64,000 nt of DNA from Macrostomum hystrix (GCA_950097015.1 CATNEN010000011.1:5022001-5086000), one strand, 5' to 3'; positions 37,012-50,859 are shown, counted from the first letter of the stretch. Numbers and translations: made by a program. The notes: a model not told the origin generated them from the letters alone.

Positions 37012-40000
37012 TCAAGCGCTGCAGTCGGCAAATTCGATGTGGACAACCTCGGCGCAGGTGCCAGCAACAGCAGCAGCAGCAGGCTGGAGCCGACGTTGAG
37101 TCTTCATTCGCAAGATCTGCACAGCGCCAGCTCCGGCGACAACGCCGGCGGCGCTGTTGCTGCCGTCAGCTGAGCTGGTGGGGCACTGAGGAGCCGCGGC
37201 TGCAGCAGGTGCTGAATTAGTCTGTCTGATAATCGGCGGCATTCTCAAGCTGACGTACAGTTTCGGCCCGGAGCCTGAGCCGTCCGCGTTGGAAGTGTGA
37301 AATTTCAGCTGCGGCTCGCGACTGCACTTCCTGGAATTCGTGAATTTGTTCAGCTCTGTTGGCTCACCATTCTCAAACACTCCCTCACCATTCTCAAACA
37401 TTCCCTCACCATTCTCAAACACTCCCTCACCATTCTCAAACACTCCCTCACCATTCTCAAACACTCCCTCACCATTCTCAAACACTCCCTCACCATTCTC
37501 AAACACTCCCTCACCATTCTCAAACACTCCCTCACCATTCTCAAACACTCCCTCACCATTCTCAAACACTCCCTAACCATTCTCAAACACTCCCTCACCA
37601 TTCTCAAACACTCCCTCACCATTCTCAAACACTCCCTCACCATTCTCAAACACTCCTCACCATTCTCAAACACTCCCTCACCATTCTCAAACACTCCCTC
37701 ATCATTCTCAAACACTCCTCACCATTCTCAAACACTCCCTCACCATTCTCAAACACTCCTCACCATTCTCAAACACTCCCTCACCATTCTCAAACACTCC
37801 CTCATCATTCTCAAACACTCCCTCACCATTCTCAAACACTCCCTCACCATTCTAAAACACTCCCTCACCATTCTCAAACACTCCCTCACCATTCTCAAAC
37901 ATTCCCTCACCATTCTCAAACACTCCCTCACCATTCTCAAACATTCCCTCACCATTCTCAAACACTCCTCACCATTCTCAAACACTCCCTCACCATTCTC
38001 AAACACTCCCTCACCATTCTCAAACATTCCCTCACCATTCTCAAACACTCCTCACCATTCTCAAACACTCCCTCACCATTCTCAAACACTCCCTCACCAT
38101 TCTCAAACATTCCCTCACCATTCTCAAACACTCCCTCACCATTCTCAAACACTCCCTCACCATTCTCAAACACTCACACATCTCACCCATCTCACCCATC
38201 TCACCCATCTCACCCATCTCACCCATCTCACCCATCTCACTCATCTCACCCATCTCACCCATCTCACTCATCTCACCCATCTCACCCATCTCACCCATCT
38301 CACCCATCTCACTCATCTCACCCATCTCACCCATCTCACTCATCTCACCCATCTCACCCATCTCACCCATCTCACCCATCTCACCCATCTCACTCATCTC
38401 ACCCATCTCACCCATCTCACCCATCTCACCCATCTCACTCATCTCACTCATCTCACCCATCTCACTCATCTCACTCATCTCATCCATCTCACCCATCTCA
38501 CCCATCTCACCCATCTCACCAATCTCACTCATCTCACCCATCTCACCCATCTCACTCATCTCACCCATATAACCAATTCTCTTAACTATCTTACCTATCT
38601 AAGCTACTTCCTACGAAATGAGTTTTCAGAAATCTAGTTCAAAGAAAATCTAGTAAAGATGCTTGTTAAAGGTTAGTTACGAAAATCACGGGTATTAGAT
38701 GGTTTTCGTCTTTTTATTATTACTTTCGTACAGAAAAAATAGGAAAAATGTCTTGTTTAGTCACGTTTTTATGGTACATCACAATGAGCAGCGTTGCTTG
38801 CTTGCAAAAACATACAATGATGGATTGCTAGTCTATTCCTGTGAATCACTGAATCCGTGATAGATTGCTAGTCTATTCCTGTGAATCACTGAATCCGTGA
38901 TAGATTGCTAGTCTATTCCTGTGAATCACTGAATCCGTGATAGATTGCTAGTCTATTCCTGTGAATCACTGAATCCGTGATAGATTGCTAGTCTATTCCT
39001 GTGAATCACTGAATCCGTGATAGATTGCTAGTCTATTCCTGTGAATCACTGAATCCGTGATAGATTGCTAGTCTATTCCTGTGAATCACTGAATCCGTGA
39101 TAGATTGCTAGTCTATTCCTGTGAATCACTGAATCCGTGATAGATTGCTAGTCTATTCCTGTGAATCACTGAATCCGTGATAGATTGCTAGTCTATTCCT
39201 GTGAATCACTGAATCCGTGATAGATTGCTAGTCTATTCCTGTGAATCACTGAATCCGTGATAGATTGCCAGTCTATTCCTGTGAATCACTGAATCCGTGA
39301 TAGATTGCTAGTCTATTCCTGTGAATCACTGAATCCGTGATAGATTGCTAGTCTATTCCTGTGAACCACTGAATCCGTGATAGATTGCTAGTCTATTCCT
39401 GTGAATCACTGAATCCGTGATAGATTGCTAGTCTATTCCTGTGAATCACTGAATCCGTGATAGATTGCTAGTCTATTCCTGTGAACCACTGAATCCGTGA
39501 TAGATTGCTAGTCTATTCCTGTGAATCACTGAATCCGTGATAGATTGCTAGTCTATTCCTGTGAACCACTGAATCCGTGATAGATTGTTAGAATATTACT
39601 ATGAATCACATAAATATATATTTGATATACATCAGCCCGATATTTAACAATTATTTTTTTGTGAAAAATTGCCACTTTCCCTACACGAGTTACTCAACAA
39701 ACCAACATGCATATGCATCTAATGTCAACACATGATTTTACTGCCACTCATTTCACAGTGCGTTGGTGTTAGCAAACAATTTGCAAGGCAATTTTGCTGA
39801 TCATATTTGTTCTAATTGCTGTTAATCAACGGCCCTACTACGAAAAAAGTAAAATTGGATTAATAATTTCTTTGCAATTGGGGCAACTGTAGTTAATATG
39901 ATCATAAATTTGCCAGCAATTCATTTGTACCTTTTCCTGCGTTTAAAATTCAATAATTTTTACCTAATTCTACTTTTGCTGCACTTTAAAGTCATTGATA

Positions 40001-43000
40001 CACATTCCAACTGTTAAATGACACATTCCAACCGTTAAATGACACATTCCAACCGTTAAATGACACATTCCAACTGTTAAATGACACATTCCAACCGTTA
40101 AATGACACATTCCAACCGTTAAATGACACATTCCAACTGTTAAATGACACATTCCAACCGTTAAATGACACATTCCAACTGTTAAATGACACATTCCAAC
40201 TGTTAAATGACACATTCCAACCGTTAAATGACACATTCCAACTGTTAAATGACACATTCCAACTGTTAAATGACACATTCCAACTGTTAAATGACACATT
40301 CCAACTGTTAAATGACACATTCCAACTGTTAAATGACACATTCCAACTGTTAAATGACACATTCCAACTGTTAAATGACACATTCCAACCGTTAAATGAC
40401 ACATTCCAACCGTTAAATGACACATTCCAACTGTTAAATGACACATTCCAACCGTTAAATGACACATTCCAACTGTTAAATGACACATTCCAACTGTTAA
40501 ATGACACATTCCAACTGTTAAATGACACATTCCAACTGTTAAATGACACATTCCAACTGTTAAATGACACATTCCAACTGTTAAATGACACATTCCAACT
40601 GTTAAATGACACATTCCAACTGTTAAATGACACATTCCAACTGTTAAATGACACATTCCAACTGTTAAATGACACATTCCAACCGTTAAATGACACATTC
40701 CAACCGTTAAATGACACATTCCAACTGTTAAATGACACATTCCAACCGTTAAATGACACATTCCAACTGTTAAATGACACATTCCAACTGTTAAATGACA
40801 CATTCCAACTGTTAAATGACACATTCCAACTGTTAAATGACACATTCCAACTGTTAAATGACACATTCCAACTGTTAAATGACACATTCCAACTGTTAAA
40901 TGACACATTCCAACTGTTAAATGACACATTCCAACTGTTAAATGACACATTCCAACCGTTAAGTGACACATTCCAACCGTTAAATGACACATTCCAACTG
41001 TTAAATGACACATTCCAACTGTTAAGTGACACATTCCAACCGTTAATTGACACATTCCAACTGTTAAGTGACACATTCCAACTGTTAAGTGACACATTCC
41101 AACCGTTAAATGACACATTCCAACCGTTAAATGACACATTCCAACCGTTAATTGACACATTCCAACTGTTAAATGACACATTACAACCGTTAAATGACAC
41201 ATTCCAACCGTTAAATGACACATTCCAACCGTTAAATGACACATTCGTGAGAATCATTGCACATTCCAACTGTAAAATGATACATTCCGACCCTATTATG
41301 ACACATTCCCCCAGTTCTTTATGAACATGAAACATTTAAATCACACATATTCCTGCCTTCGAAAACACATTTCTGAAGCATCAATAAAGAAGCAAAACAA
41401 AGACTTACCAACAGAACAGCTGAAAGAACTGATTCTTGAAGATTGTGTTGAATGTGAAGTAGAGGAGGAAGTTGCAGGCTCCGTTGAAACACACGAACAC
41501 ATCAGTGATCTCTCGTATGCCGCGGATCAGATAGTTCTCATCGGCGAAGCCGTAGTTGAGCACGGTGCTGAGCACAGCGTCAGGCGTAATGCTGATAACA
41601 AAGACTAGGACAACAGTCATCAGCATGACGGTGATCCTGTGCCGATTCATCAGCCTTCGCCTGGTCTGTGATCGCCGCAGAACTCGCACAATCAACGCGT
41701 TCAACACAATGAGAAGCAACAGCGGCACCAGCACTCTAGCTGAGTACACACCCCAGGTGTACAGCTTGCTGTAGGAGCTTTTGCGCCATAATCTAGTCTC
41801 CGAGATGCGGAAGCTGGTCTTGTTGGCCTCGCCAGCGTTCTGACACTGGCCGGCCTCGTAGCGCAGCAGGTGCGGCAGGCAGAGCAGCGTGGCCGTGGTG
41901 AAAATGGCGATCACGTGGAGCTTCGACCGGCGCAGAGTGCAGAAGCTCTTGGCCCGGTGAGGAATTGTGACTAGGAAAAAACTGAAAGGACGGTAATATG
42001 GACAGATGATGTACCAGTGTGCGCTCGACTCTCGCATCGAAGTGCACGAGCTCACTATCACTGATTGGATGATAGGTTTCGACTTGTAAGTGTACATTTT
42101 TTCTTTCCTTACTCTCGATGCTCATTGGCTGGTATTTTTGTTTTAATTACGCCAGTGTACACTCTGTCACTGCCCCATCGCTGATTGGTTAACATTCAAA
42201 AGATTTCAGTTTATTGACAGTAGAAAGACCACATTTTATCTCCTAAAAGTTTCAACCAATCGCTTTCTATGAAATAACTTCCGGAATCACAAAGCACCGG
42301 CATCATCGAGATCTTCAACGATTCTCGTCTGCCGGCAAAAACCACCAATATAGGCATAGCTTTTCCTCTCACAAAATTTCATAATGTAGACATGTTACCA
42401 TTAATAACTGCTAAATATTACGAGCGTATATTGCTGAACATAGTTTGTTGTCCTTGTCACCAGGTCTTTGACAACAATCGCTGAATATCTCGACCATGTT
42501 GATGTCAGACGACTTTAAAAGTTTGTTTATTTTAACTGGCGGAAAAGTTTAATACTTATGGTCCGAATGACAAAAATTCGGTCATTCGGCTTGTTAGTTA
42601 TCGTAGAGTAGGCAGTGGGTATTTGAAATACCCCCACAATGGTCCTTCCGTAGGGGATAATATGGTCTCTGTACTGTTAACAGTAATCAATAATGTACAT
42701 TCTGTCCTTGCGTCCTTCTCTTCTAGCTCTTTGGCTGATAGGTTTTCGACTAATCAGTGTACATTATTTCTGTCCCCTTTCTCGACGCTCATTGGCTGGT
42801 ATAATTTTACTATAAATTACGCCAGTGTAAGACCCTGTCACATCCCAATCTCTTCACGCTGATTTGTCTGTCACCTTTTCATGGTTTGAATTTTAGTGAC
42901 TGAGATCTAAGAGGTACATCGCTAATTACGAGCTGAATTGGACAAGCTACAAAAATAGTATTTTATTTTCTTTGTTTATTTTATTACAGATAGTTGCTGC

Positions 43001-45913
43001 GCGATTCCTAAATCTGTTCTATCAAGCCTATACATAGTAATTTAACCTATCAACTTTGATCAAAGCAGTTATATCAAAGCAGAAGCTCGATCAAAAGTAT
43101 GAAAAACAGCGAGAGGAAGACAAAAGTGCATAATTATGGGCATTGTTTGAAATTTGGAAAATATCAAATCAGACCTATAGCTGTCACGTTCAATGTGAAA
43201 CAACAATAAATGGGACAACTTTTTGTTAGTCTTTTCAGTCCCTTTTTTCTCCCATGGCAATATGTTTCTCTGAAAATGTAACTTTTTATTCCCATAAAAA
43301 CTGTTCTTTTCGATGCCGAAAAAAGTATTGTTTTCGACAATAGTCTCTTGCGGTTCACGGTCGCAAGCTAGAGGGAAGTTTGTTCATCATCAACACAATA
43401 GCAGCTTGCACTAGACTAGAGAGCCAGAAAAAGAAATCTAGATTTTCTACGAGAAAAAAAATATAATTTTGATTCTGGGTGAAAACTAAATTAAACGATT
43501 TGAATGCAGGTAGACTTTAGGATGGCGGTAGCAATGCCACTTTGAAGGGAGTTGAGTGGCAGAGCGGTTAACGCGTTTCTCTCTCGCACCAAGGTCCCTG
43601 AACTCGATTGCGCGGCGAGGCCACATTAATTTGGGGCGCAGCCGCGGTGAGAAGGCTTGGTGGCTTGTCATATAATTTACGCCCTTAAAGACAACCTCCA
43701 ATGCACAGTGAAAGTGTACACTGCCTGACGATGAGAAAGTCAGGGCAGATGTACACACCTGAGCGTATGCGTGAGTACAGTATCTGTGTGCGTGTGTGCT
43801 CAGGAGTCAGCGAAATGGGCAGAATTGCCTCCTCGCTGGCTGCGGGTCTAGTGTCACCAAATGATGTGCCATTGCCCGCAGCCCTCCTGCAATGATAATA
43901 ATACCCGTTTATTATGCCCGTTTAAAGCACTACTTGATAAAATTCTTGTTGTAGCGATATCCCATTAAAGGACTACTGGATCGAGAGTGAGTGAGAGTGA
44001 GTGAGTGAAGGACTTTTCGGTCGAAATGCTCAGTTGTGAGTTTAGTATGTTTGTTAGTTAATCGCTATTTGTCAAGCGACTCATGGCTAGCGTGAGGAAC
44101 ATTTTGATAATGCATGAAGCTTTGAAAAGTCTGATACCCCATTTTCAATTTAACACTTCAATCGATCACACGCTGTCAGTCAGTCTAATCAGTGCAGGCT
44201 TGTCCATGACAATACCCATAACGCTGATGATTGATTTGTCAAATAGTGCATCTATACTTGCCGAAGCACACACAAGAATTGCCTTGTCACAGCTGTCTGA
44301 AATCTTCAGCCAAGAAATCATAGGCCATAAATTTCATCGCCTCAATTGAGCAATAAATTAAATTGACTGCCATGCAGAATTCTCGCTGATCAATCAACAA
44401 CCGGCCTCTTAAGAGCAAAGAACAGCGTGGGCCAAATATGAACTGCGCTTGCACTTTTAATACGAGTCGTAAGAAAATGAGAAGAGGTTTGAGCAGATTC
44501 CGGAAGCGGGTGCAGCTTTAGGTTGTCAAGTGCGCGCCGAAGTCAAGATTGCTTCGTTTTGCACAGCTGGTCGCAGATGCGAACTGATTGTCGGACAAGT
44601 GCCACTTCAGAGAGGCTGCACACAGCTGCTCGCACCGAGATTTCGACTGCTGCTATCGATTAGTAATATTATTAGACTGCCACCATACTGGGCATTCTGT
44701 GAGACTCAAATTTATAGATGCCTTACAAGCTCTCAAACAACGATACCTATCACAAGCCGACATTTTAAGATCGTGCCGGATACTTGAATAGAAAATCTAA
44801 CCTGCCAAGGAGCATTGGCGATTCGACTGAGAATCGGATTCTTGAGAATTGGTGAGCGCATTCTCTCAAGGGTTGGCTCTGCTAACGAGTTCGATTAAGT
44901 GGATCGTTATTTTTCGCTTAGAGAACTTTTTATGTTATAGTTCAGTGCAGTTTTGATATTATTTATTGGAAGTTGCCAATTTTTTCAAATAAAATAGCTT
45001 TTAATTGCAAAATAAAAAAATGCTTCGTAAAAATCTGGCGAAAAAAGTATAACAAATAATAACTGTACTTAGAAAAATTCGTTACGAAAAATTATTACAT
45101 CACTTTTAAAAAAATCGTCGCTTTTCGTGAAAACTCCATACTACTTATAGTTTTTGTTTCGAATTTCAAAGAAGTACTATTTATGTTTGTTAAAACTAAC
45201 TCGCCGAAAATTTATTCTATTTAAACAAGACTTAAAAGTAAAAATATACAGAAATAATATTTAGTAACTTAAACATTTTTGTAACATGTTTCAGTAATTT
45301 TTGTAGCTCAACTTAAAAGCGATATTTATTTTTTTTTCATTGAGTACTTTGACATAATATTTTTCTATAAAAACTCAATACATACCTTTCTCATTATATA
45401 TATTTTTATCGCGACAAATTTAGGCACCAATCGATAAGGAATCGATCGATATATCGATTTATTGATCATAAAAATATAAACATTACGCTTTATTTTTTGT
45501 ATTCAATTCAAATCGGTAGCCGTCACTCACCGCTCCAAAGTGATGGCCATTGTGATCCAAGCTGTTATGCAGTTAGAGGTCTGCATAAGGAAGTGGCTGA
45601 ACGGGTAGAGTCTCAGGAACAGCAATGATGCCTCGCCGGACTCACCACCGATTTGCTGCTGCAGTATGCTCACGAAGTACAGAAAATCATTGGACAGTTT
45701 AACAGTGTCGCTGACGGCCAAGCTCACCAGGAAGATATTTGTCGGCGAGTTGACTTTACAGCTGGAGATCACAGCAATGCTGACAATGTTGGCCAAGATT
45801 CCAAAACTGCAGATCAGAGGGTAAGCGATCAGCGCCGTGACGAATTGGGCCCACTGGAAAAACAGCTTGTGCTGCAGGCTGTCTCCATTCTCGGCGTCTG
45901 TACAGTTCTCCAT
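37012..45913 (-). CDS. Class A GPCR, FMRFamide/sex-peptide-receptor-like, 424 aa, 3 exons
   Basis: Exons 45531-45913, 41409-41981 and 37012-37330 with two phase-2 GT-AG introns. Splicing gives LERFFLVTIPHRA at TM3/IL2. Other motifs: GILANIVS (TM1), NIFLVSLAVSD (TM2), NGACNFLLY (TM7). Confidence 0.9.
37360..38175. repeat. 21-bp minisatellite (ccattctcaaacactccctca)n, GPCR intron 2
   Basis: Direct reading. Confidence 0.95.
38176..38568. repeat. 9-bp minisatellite (catctcacc)n
   Basis: Direct reading. Confidence 0.95.
38820..39590. repeat. 40-bp near-perfect minisatellite (tagattgctagtctattcctgtgaatcactgaatccgtga)n, about 19 copies
   Basis: Direct reading; no spacers. Confidence 0.95.
39998..41300. 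repeat. 21-bp minisatellite (acattccaacYgttaaatgac)n, about 60 copies
   Basis: Direct reading. Confidence 0.95.
43547..43903 (+). mobile_element. tRNA-derived SINE, full-length reference copy (~355 bp), GPCR intron 1
   Basis: A-box tggcagagcgg, B-box-like gaactcgattgc, GT-rich body, 3' stem ggctgcggg/cccgcagcc and an AAT tail. Confidence 0.85.
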
Positions 45914-46559
45914 ATGCTGCTGTGACCAATGCTTCTGGCTGAATCTGTCACTCCGGTGTCGTCACTCTGTTAAACGGTCGCTCTCGAAAAGATATTCTGC
46001 TTGTCTGTTTTTTCAATATCCAATTTAAGCCGTCGAGTCAAACTCCTCAAAACAGTCTCAAATAAGTGTGGCTTAGAGTCGCTGATCGCATCACCAATCA
46101 GTGAAAGGGTCTGATAGCTGCAACCAATGGGAGCTTGTCTAGCACAGCCTTGTAGACTCTTGTGCCGCTGTATGGCGAGAAAGTCTGCCCTTAAAATCTT
46201 AATCCCCCAGGGAGCGGGCTAAAGATGCGAACAAGTTCATCTTTATTTCACACCAGGCAGCGGGTATCTCCGAGCGCTCAAGTCTCGGCCGGTCGTTTTC
46301 TGAGTCTACTTTCTATTTCATCTATCACATCTGTCTTTATTATGAGGGCAAGAAATCCAATCAGAATAAAAGTCTCCGGCAATCAACTCCGGTTGGCTCG
46401 ACAGACAACCCACTGCCTGGCCTAAAATGGAAGACCAAAAAATATACTGCAAAAAACACAAATAGTCTATAGATGAGTGTACTCAAATCTGCTTCTGATA
46501 ATAAATACTCTGCACTTGCTTTCAGACATCACCGTACTCAAAATACTCTGCACTTGCTT

Positions 46560-49500
46560 TCAGACATCACCGTACTCAAAATACTCAGTCATCAACCTAC
46601 TCAGTCATCAACCTACTCAGTCATCAACCTACTCTGTCATGAACCTGCTCTGTCATCAACCTACTCAGTCATCAACCTACTCTGTCATCAACCCACTCAG
46701 TCATCAACCTACTCAGTCATCAACCTACTCAGTCATCAACCTACTCTGTCATCAACCTACTCTGTCATCAACCTACTCTGTCATCAACCCACTCAGTCAT
46801 CAACCTACTCAGTCATCAACCTACTCAGTCATCAACCTACTCTGTCATCAACCTACTCTGTCATCAACCTACTCTGTCATCAACCTACTCTGTCATCAAC
46901 CTACTCTGTCATCAACCTACTCTGTCATCAACCTACTCTGTCATCAACCTACTACTCTGCCATCAACCTACTCAGTCATCAACCTACTCAGTCATCAACC
47001 TACTCTGTCATCAACCTACTACTCTGCCATCAACCTACTACTTTGTCATCAACCTACTCAGTCATCAACCTACTCAGTCATCAACCTACTCTGTCATCAA
47101 CCTACTCAGTCATCAACCTACTCAGTCATCAACCCACTCAGTCATCAACCTACTCAGTCATCAACCTACTCAGTCATCAACCTACTCTGTCATCAACCTA
47201 CTCTGTCATCAACCTACTCTGTCATCAACCTACTCTGTCATCAACCTACTCTGTCATCAACCTACTACTCTGCCATCAACCTACTCAGTCATCAACCTAC
47301 TCAGTCATCAACCTACTCTGTCATCAACCTACTACTCTGCCATCAACCTACTACTTTGTCATCAACCTACTCAGTCATCAACCTACTCTGTCATCAACCT
47401 ACTCTGTCATCAACCTACTCAGTCATCAACCTACTCTGTCATCAACCTACTCAGTCATCAACCTACTCAGTCATCAACCTACTCTGTCATCAACCTACTC
47501 TGTCATCAACCTACTACTCTGCCATCAACCTACTTTGTCATCAACCTACTCTGTCATCAACCTACTCAGTCATCAACCTACTCTGTCATCAACCTACTCA
47601 GTCATCAACCTACTCAGTCATCAACCTACTCTGTCATCAACCTACTCTGTCATCAACCTACTCTGTCATCAACCCACTCAGTCATCAACCTACTCAGTCA
47701 TCAACCTACTCAGTCATCAACCTACTCTGTCATCAACCTACTCTGTCATCAACCTACTCAGTCATCAACCTACTCAGTCATCAACCCACTCAGTCATCAA
47801 CCTACTCAGTCATCAACCTACTCAGTCATCAACCTACTCTGTCATCAACCTACTCTGTCATCAACCTACTCTGTCATCAACCTACTCTGTCATCAACCTA
47901 CTCTGTCATCAACCTACTCTGTCATCAACCCACTCAGTCATCAACCTACTCAGTCATCAACCTACTCAGTCATCAACCTACTCTGTCATCAACCTACTAC
48001 TCTGCCATCAACCTACTACTTTGTCATCAACCTACTCAGTCATCAACCTACTCTGTCATCAACCTACTCTGTCATCAACCTACTCAGTCATCAACCTACT
48101 TTGTCATCAACCTACTCAGTCATCAACCTACTCAGTCATCAACCTACTCTGTCATCAACCTACTCTGTCATCAACCTACTACTCTGCCATCAACCTACTT
48201 TGTCATCAACCTACTCTGTCATCAACCTACTCAGTCATCAACCTACTCTGTCATCAACCTACTCAGTCATCAACCTACTCTGTCATCAACCTACTCTGTC
48301 ATCAACCTACTCAGTCATCAAACTACTCAGTCATCAACCTACTCTGTCATCAACCTACTCAGTCATCAACCTACTCTGTCATGAACCTACTCAGTCATCA
48401 ACCTACTCAGTCATCAACCTACTCTGTCATCAACCTACTCTGTCATCAACCTACTCAGTCATCAAACTACTCAGTCATCAACCTACTCTGCCATCAACCT
48501 ACTCTGCCATGAACCTACTCAGTCATCAACCTACTCTGCCATGAACCTACTCAGTCATCAACCTACTCTGCCATGAACCTACTCAGTCATCAACCTACTC
48601 TGCCATGAACCTACTCAGTCATCAACCTACTCAGTCATCAACCTACTCTGTCATCAACCTACTCTGTCATCAACCTACTACTCTGCCATCAACCTACTCA
48701 GTCATCAACCTACTCAGTCATCAACCTACTCTGTCATCAACCTACTCTGTCATCAACCTACTACTCTGCCATCAACCTACTACTTTGTCATCAACCTACT
48801 CAGTCATCAACCTACTCTGTCATCAACCTACTCTGTCATCAACCTACTCAGTCATCAACCTACTCTGTCATCAACCTACTCTGTCATCAACCTACTCTGT
48901 CATCAACCTACTCTGCCATCAACCTACTACTCTGCCATCAACCTACTCAGTCATCAACCTACTCTGTCATCAACCTACTCTGTCATCAACCTACTACTCT
49001 GCCATCAACCTACTCTGTCATCAACCTACTCTGTCATCAACCTACTACTCTGCCATCAACCTACTCTGTCATCAACCTACTCTGTCATCAACCTACTACT
49101 CTGCCATCAACCTACTACTCTGTCATCAACCTACTCAGTCATCAACCTACTCAGTCATGAACCTACTCTGTCATGAACCTACTCAGTCATCAACCTACTC
49201 TGTCATCAACCTACTCAGTCATCAACCTACTCTGTCATCAACCTACTCTGTCATCAACCTACTCTGTCATCAACCTACTCTGCCATCAACCTACTACTCT
49301 GCCATCAACCTACTCTGTCATTAACCTACTACTCTGCCATCAACCTACTCAGTCATTAACCTACTACTCTGCCATCAACCTACTCTGTCATTAACCTACT
49401 ACTCTGCCATCAACCTACTACTCTGTCATCAACCTACTACTCTGCCATCAACCTACTCTGTCATCAACCTACTCTGTCATCAACCTACTACTCTGCCATC

Positions 49501-49812
49501 AACCTACTACTCTGCCATCAACCTACTACTCTGTCATCAACCTACTCAGTCATCAACCTACTCAGTCATCAACCTACTCTGTCATCAACCTACTCTGTCA
49601 TCAACCTACTCTGTCATCAACCTACTCAGTCATCAACCTACTCAGTCATCAACCTACTCTGTCATCAACCTACTACTCTGCCATCAACCTACTACTCTGC
49701 CATCAACCTACTACTCTGTCATCAACCTACTCTGTCATCAACCTACTCAGTCATGAACCTACTCTGTCATGAACCTACTCTGCCATCAACCTACTCAGTC
49801 ATCAACCTACTA
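46560..49812. repeat. 16-bp (with 19-bp variants) minisatellite (tcatcaacctactcWg)n, about 3.2 kb
   Basis: Direct reading; preceded by a 38-bp tandem duplication at about 46503-46580. Confidence 0.95.
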
Positions 49813-50859
49813 TTTCCCTAACCTACCCTGTAAAGGTAGTCGGTAAGTAAACGAATGCTTCCCAAAAATAGGTCTTCAGCCGTCGAGAAAATAAACATAT
49901 TGAATGGAATTTCTTGCAGAACGGGCCTAAGTGCTTTGAAAATAGCCAAAGGATGACATGCCTCTATTGACAATTTGCAGTTGACTTTCAGTCTTCGAGA
50001 GAATGGTTGTCTAAACTACCTTTCGCTCATAAATTCTCACCAGTGCTTCACCAAGTAAAGAAACCTAGGCCATGCCTGACAAACAAACAGAATTGGTAAA
50101 ACAAAATTGGGTATGGCGTTTTAGGAAATTTGAGCAGGGTATTAAGCAGTCTCCTAAGCAGCCTAATACAATGTACTACTAGAATAACTATTTACGAGAC
50201 CTAGAATACCTGGAATACCTATTCGTAACTAAACGAACTACACACAAACATAGACCCAGCTCTTTGCTTTAATGCTCAGTTAGTACAAATTGATAACTAT
50301 AATTTATAAGTATACAAAACAGAGACATGTCAACATGCTGCTTGCAATAGTTGAAAGCAATGCATTTTATTATCGCCATAAAAATGAATGCCGAAAACAG
50401 TTACAATATGCGTCAAATGTGCTCAGATAGCAGTTGGTCCAGCGACTGATAAGAATGATATACTTGTACATGTGCGATAATTGTACATTTAAGGTTTGCA
50501 AGAATATATAAGGAGAGAAATAATCTGACTGTCGCTGACGATCAGCGCTTCGATGGTTAACTACAATGTACATTGTTGAGCGTACAGGCGCGTAAAAGTT
50601 GTTGCAAAGTAGAAGCATGTACACTGGATCAAGCCTCGCATTTTATGGGGTGGATGTTGGCTGGGTTGAGGTCTCTCAGCCAATCAGTGTTGGTGGGTAT
50701 AGATAGTGGCCCCTAACGCATTTAAATTGAATTCGGAGGGTGTTTGCTGAGCCAATTTAGCAAAAAATTGTCTGCACCTCAAGGGAGGTTGGAAGAAGTT
50801 GTTCGCAGAAAAGTAATTTAGAATTTGATGATAATCAGCATCATCTCCGCAAACATCAA

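Noticed and set aside
38820-39590. CRISPR-like 40-bp repeats
   Set aside because: Units are contiguous with no unique spacers, there are no cas genes, and the context is a eukaryotic intron.
37297-41335. 400-450-aa repeat ORFs (TILKHSL, HLT, MCHLTVG, NVSFNSW)
   Set aside because: 21- and 9-bp arrays inside GPCR intron 2; unit lengths divisible by 3 explain the open frames.
43547-43620. Functional tRNA gene
   Set aside because: A/B-box head only, with no proper acceptor stem; it runs into a shared SINE body in several diverged copies.
43724-43745. Functional hammerhead ribozyme (CTGACGA...GAAA)
   Set aside because: Only 3 nt lie between the core boxes and 6 nt after GAAA, so stems II and III and the NUH site cannot form; a simple hairpin explains it.
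46473-49394. Long SSTYSVINLL ORFs
   Set aside because: The 16-bp unit cycles through all frames without a stop codon.
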